A DNA stretch of 13,400 bases from Azolla caroliniana. Taxonomy: Eukaryota; Plantae; Polypodiophyta. Shown piece by piece: positions 9,323 through 13,400 of the stretch; position 1 is the first letter of the stretch, and the number at the start of each line of letters is the position of its first letter. The position numbers and the translations under genes are program-made. The stretch covers positions 1-13,400 of the forward strand of contig JBHGNT010000956.1 of NCBI GenBank assembly GCA_043228905.1. Direction: 5' to 3'. Under the pieces are notes generated by a model that worked only from the letters and a program-made list of their open reading frames with translations, made no database searches and was not told the DNA's origin.

Positions 9323-11270
9323 CTGTGCATCCAAAACAAAATACATACTAAGCCTACCTTGGAAAATAGTAGAGTGCTAGATTTTATGATCAATCCACTT
9401 CATTGATTTTAATTCCTCACAAATTTTATATTAACCATCTACCTGTTGCTCAAATGCCAAACAAAGCCTCTTCACTTCCTCCTCGTAGAATGCTTTATCG
9501 AGCATCTGGCTCTCACCATAAGAAAGCTTTGCAAATATAGAATTATATGTTGGGTATTTCTCCATCACCCCACGAACCTATACATAATACATTCACTTAA
9601 ACATCTATATGCAAAATCCCCAAAAAGCTAATTGAGTTACTTATAGATCTATTGTTTTTCACAAAATATCATGATCTATTTATATGCCCTTGTAAGTCTA
9701 TCTACAAACCCAAAATTCTTTAAAATGCTTGTTTGTGTTTTACAAATATCAACTATTGACATGCACTTTTGAGGCCTTTTTTAAACAATGACACAATAAA
9801 GGAGAGAAATACCTGATCAAAATCCTCGCACAGGGCAAGCTCCTCGTGACCATATGGATGCCTGTAACATGTTAAGATTGAAAAGTTTGTCAAAAGACAT
9901 GGGCATGCATTTTTGTTCCTCAGTATGTCAAACAGGCAATAGAAAAGATTACAATAGTCCAAAGTTGGAATATAGCTTTCTCCGGTCGTCTCGAGTGAGC
10001 TCAGTGCCGATACTGTTGAACAAAAATGCAAAATTCTTTTACCACTTTGAAAACAAGATAATGTTTTCCATATTCGAATAAAAAAACAAGATAATGTTTT
10101 CCATATTCATTAAGCTATTTCAGCAATCTATCATGATTACATATTTCTTTTTCTTCTGGAACTAGAAAAAGAATCACTAACTAGGGAAATCACTCATAAT
10201 TAGATTTGATCAGAAATGATCCTTTTTACACATTATTCCAATACAGAAGGTATACAAACTCATGGGCTACACCAAGATTGAATCTAGAAAAAGATATGCA
10301 ATTCTGATTTTTTCCCTGGTTCTAGATATTCCAAAGTATGCGAGCGGTAAATAGTGAAAGAACTCAAAAATATCTCTAAACCTTTGGGTATGTAACAGAA
10401 TACTTAAAGTTTTCCAAATTTTGTGCAAACACTCGCATGGAGTAGTTGTAAATGGTAGTACATAGGCATATTATAGCAAGTGTCTAATAAAGAAGAGCCC
10501 ATAAGAACACCAAAATATCCCTGAATCTTTGTGTATTTACCAGAATGCTAGAAATTTCCAAAATTTACAGGAACATCCCCCATAGATTCTAGTTGATGTT
10601 GTACAAAATAACACTGGAAATGTCTAAAAAAGAATGGCCCATAAGAACTCCAGACTCTAATGTGTCTAGGTATGTACCAGAAATTATGCTAGAGTTTTGA
10701 CGTCCTTGGAGAATTAGTGTTTTTAATAAGAGATTATATGTGTTCAGAAAATGAATTATTACCTGTTTATGGTAATGTTGACAGCCCGTCGATCAGCTTC
10801 AAAGGCTAACAGATCACACATTATTTCAGAAGTTGCCCCACCAATTTTCTGAAGACGCCCCAAAAAAGTTAATCAATGATTTAAATTAACTTCACCACGG
10901 GTTGAGCATTACAAGAGAGATTATTTTTAACACTACAGATAAATATATCCATTGGTTCTACAGCTAAATTCATTGCAATAACGTGCTTCCACTCTAACTA
11001 TACTACTTTAGCTTCTGAATTTATGTCTAGTCTAGCTTCAGTTTTGGTTTATAATTTGAGGCTTGGAGTTTGGTTTTCCTTTTCAGGAAATATGCTCTGA
11101 GATTTATGTTCATATGCCATTTTCATAGTAATGTGTCAACAGATCAAACTTAAAAACACATTAAAGATATTCAGATTATAATAATGGCATAAGTTTCAAG
11201 AATATTTATAGTAACCTATCTTCATGACCATTAGCAAAATAGCCAGAAGATGAAGTTGAATGTATGCCAT

Positions 11271-11301
<31 letters not shown>

Positions 11302-12773
11302 GAGTTTGTGAACAAGGAAATAAAGAAAAAAAGTGTTCAATCACCAAGATTCATAATTTTAACATCACTTGCCTTGCAGAATTTGTAGAAGTCCTCCAAG
11401 TAAGCTTTGTATAGTGTATTCCGCATTATTTCAATGTTCATTTCATCTAAATCCTACATAAAATCAACACACTTCAAGTCACAAATTGGTTTACAAGCAA
11501 TTAATAGAATAACTGCTGTTGTTGATCATGATGCAGCTGAAAAGGAAGACTTAAAAAGAGTAATTTTGAATTATTAGATTTACTTCAAGGTTTCCATTGA
11601 AATTCAAGGATTGAAGATATGCATCGGAAGTAACAATTTATGTAAGTAACAAACAGGATCTCTAGTGTCAAAAATATCTCAAACCATAACTCTTAAGGTT
11701 CCCATAAATCTCTTTAGAGGCTAGAATGATTCTCTATTAGATCCTTCGATCATCACATGGATGAAGATGATGATGAAAACACTGATGATGGGGTTTATCT
11801 TGATGCTCATTCTTATCGAGTCATCATTGTCCACATCATTGTAATCCAGATGGAATTCTTAAATACTGTAAATCATTTTTGTGGATGTTTACAAAGCCAT
11901 CAAACTTCATTAAAATCATAAGTCAAGTTCCTTATCTATTATCTCAAATATTCCAAATGGTAAGTAAACAAAGAGAGAAATTTATATCAAACAAAAAATT
12001 ATAGGGAAAAGCTGTAAAAATATCCACATTTCTCTTTATTTCTGGTATAGGTACCAAAGAGCATGCATAATTGCTTGAGACAGGGGTTGGCAAAGGACAT
12101 TTGGGGAAATACAAAAAACATAGAGGCATTGGGGAGATAAAAAGAAAACTCAAGGTTATCCTAGAGTTTTTCCTGAAATTGTATCCCACCTCAGATGTTA
12201 TGCACTCAGCAAAGTACGGAGCGAGAGGAGTGTCAACAAGCACGAGTCGATACAATTCCCTCATGTTCTGAGCAACAGCTAGTGTCGCAATGCTGCATAA
12301 GGTAAAGCATTAAATTAGACAATGAGTGACTATATCTAATAGCCTTTTATGTCTTAACTTTTCTTATACCTTTCAAACATTCCAAGAGGATGGCATTTTT
12401 CCAAAAGCTCCTGTACATCCCTCTCATGCAATGTTCCCGTAACAATGAGCACAATATTATCAATCATGTGCCCATATCTGAATCACAACACACCAAATGA
12501 CTTGACCATATAAATAAACCGTATAATCAAATAACAATATCGCAAGCAGTACAAACCAAAGACAGGGATCAAAAGGAGACAGACACACAGAGACAAAGAT
12601 AACACATTTACACAATTTATATTCTAAATAAATTCACAGAGAGGGACAATACGTGATGTACTCCAGAAATGTTGATAAGGGTTCAGTTGCCTGTGTCAAC
12701 ATGTGTTTATACTCCTCCACTAGTTTTTGAGTGCATTTCTCAACAATTGTCGTCGTGCGCAATGGAGAAGGCT
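9191..12773 (-). CDS. VHA-d: V-type proton ATPase V0 subunit d (AC39), 5'-partial spliced gene; exons 12773-12653, 12477-12370, 12292-12190, 11453-11373, 10848-10763, 10012-9953, 9861-9813, 9577-9443, 9322-9191
   Basis: The joined exons read [18 protein letters not shown]...[21 protein letters not shown]...[18 protein letters not shown]...[13 protein letters not shown]...[15 protein letters not shown]...[30 protein letters not shown]. This is colinear with plant VHA-d (about 351 aa) as I recall it. The ~60 N-terminal residues lie beyond 13400. Confidence 0.97.
9443..9577 (-). CDS. VHA-d: VHA-d exon (VRGVMEKYP...CLAFEQQ)
   Basis: tatag|GTT acceptor; CAG|gtagat donor. Confidence 0.95.
9813..9861 (-). 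CDS. VHA-d: VHA-d exon ([16 protein letters not shown])
   Basis: tacag|G CAT acceptor; CAG|gtattt donor. Confidence 0.94.
9953..10012 (-). CDS. VHA-d: VHA-d exon ([20 protein letters not shown])
   Basis: aacag|T ATC acceptor; TT|gtaatc donor. Confidence 0.94.
10050..10108. repeat. 26-bp exact direct repeat in a VHA-d intron
   Basis: aaaacaagataatgttttccatattc at 10050 and 10083. Confidence 0.9.
10481..10652. repeat. Degenerate direct repeat, 140-bp spacing, in a VHA-d intron
   Basis: tgtctaa.aaagaa..gcccataagaac.cca at 10481 and 10621 (4 mismatches in 32 nt). Confidence 0.75.
10763..10848 (-). CDS. VHA-d: VHA-d exon ([29 protein letters not shown])
   Basis: ttcag|AAA acceptor; AG|gtaata donor. 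Confidence 0.95.
10849..11372 (-). other. GC-AG intron (VHA-d)
   Basis: AAG|GCAAGT matches the GC-donor consensus and restores FCK/KIGGAT. Confidence 0.9.
11273..11300. repeat. (GT)14 microsatellite
   Basis: Direct reading. Confidence 0.95.
11373..11453 (-). CDS. VHA-d: VHA-d exon ([27 protein letters not shown])
   Basis: tgtag|GAT acceptor; AAG|gcaagt GC donor. Confidence 0.93.
12190..12292 (-). CDS. VHA-d: VHA-d exon ([13 protein letters not shown]...CITSE)
   Basis: atgcag|C ATT acceptor; GAG|gtggga donor. Confidence 0.95.
12370..12477 (-). CDS. VHA-d: VHA-d exon (YGHMIDN...PLGMFES)
   Basis: ttcag|A TAT acceptor; AG|gtataa donor. Confidence 0.95.
12653..12773 (-). CDS. VHA-d: VHA-d exon (EPSPLRTTT...FLEYIT)
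   Basis: ttcag|AG CCT acceptor; AC|gtattg donor. Confidence 0.94.
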
Positions 12774-13400
12774 CTGAATTTAACAAATGCAAATTATAAA
12801 CTGTAAAGAGGCCTGCAGTATCTCAATTACACTAAAATCTTATAAGATTCAATTTTTTCAACATGCATAAATCTATTGACCTTTCCTTGATTTTAATTCA
12901 AAAGCCAAAAGTGCTGGTTTTGTTTTTCTGCAAAGACATATATGTATCTGTTTTCTATCATTATCTCCGTCAGGAAAATGTCCAACCAGCAATATCTGAA
13001 ACTGCTCCTTGATTTGTGACGTAGAGGGAATACGGCTCATTTTTTGGTGTCTTTTTCAATGATACATGGATAATGCTAATTATTTTCCAGTATTTTTTCA
13101 TTGTGGCATGAGATAAAATTGCACATTTATCCGGTATGTTTGTTATGTGCCTTGCTTTAATCATCAAATGATTAAGTGAAATAAGGTGCAGATCATCTTA
13201 ATCTAATCCCAAAAAGTCAACACTGCTTTCTATCGCTAAATACTAAATTTTACCCATCCCCAGGCTGTTAGCTAGATAGATCTTCTATACAGTAAGTTTA
13301 GGTAGCTGTCATATTCACGAAGCTGCTGGCTCTATTATTCCTGAAGCTGATGACACATTTCTTATCTCTGTATTATAGGTGTTGTCTACAAGATACTTTT

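Noticed and set aside
9446-12271. Plus-strand ORFs 9446..9631, 9854..10081 and 12071..12271
   Set aside because: Antisense shadows of VHA-d exons and introns.
12774-13400. ORF 12970..13167 as the first exon of VHA-d
   Set aside because: It does not resemble the conserved N-terminus (…FNIHGGYLEAIVRG…); the region is treated as intron.

Overview
AT-rich land-plant nuclear DNA carrying two intron-rich housekeeping genes in tandem on the minus strand. (1) The 5' part of a prolyl oligopeptidase (peptidase S9A, POP/PREP): 7 coding exons, 5276 to <1, running off the left edge before the catalytic Ser/Asp/His. (2) The 3' part of V-type H+-ATPase V0 subunit d: 9 coding exons, 12773 to the stop at 9191, with the first ~60 codons beyond the right edge. 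I rebuilt both gene models by hand with consistent splice phases, and each needs one non-canonical GC-AG intron. The most interesting feature is the POP 5' end. A weak upstream ATG adds a 74-aa transit-peptide-like extension ahead of the conserved strong MGSL start. A predicted 60-nt leader exon creates a uORF whose TGA directly abuts that upstream ATG, which suggests a splicing/uORF-controlled organelle-versus-cytosol switch (hypothesis only). The intergenic region and introns hold many local duplications of different ages. I found no convincing RNA gene, intact mobile element, CRISPR array or RiPP precursor.
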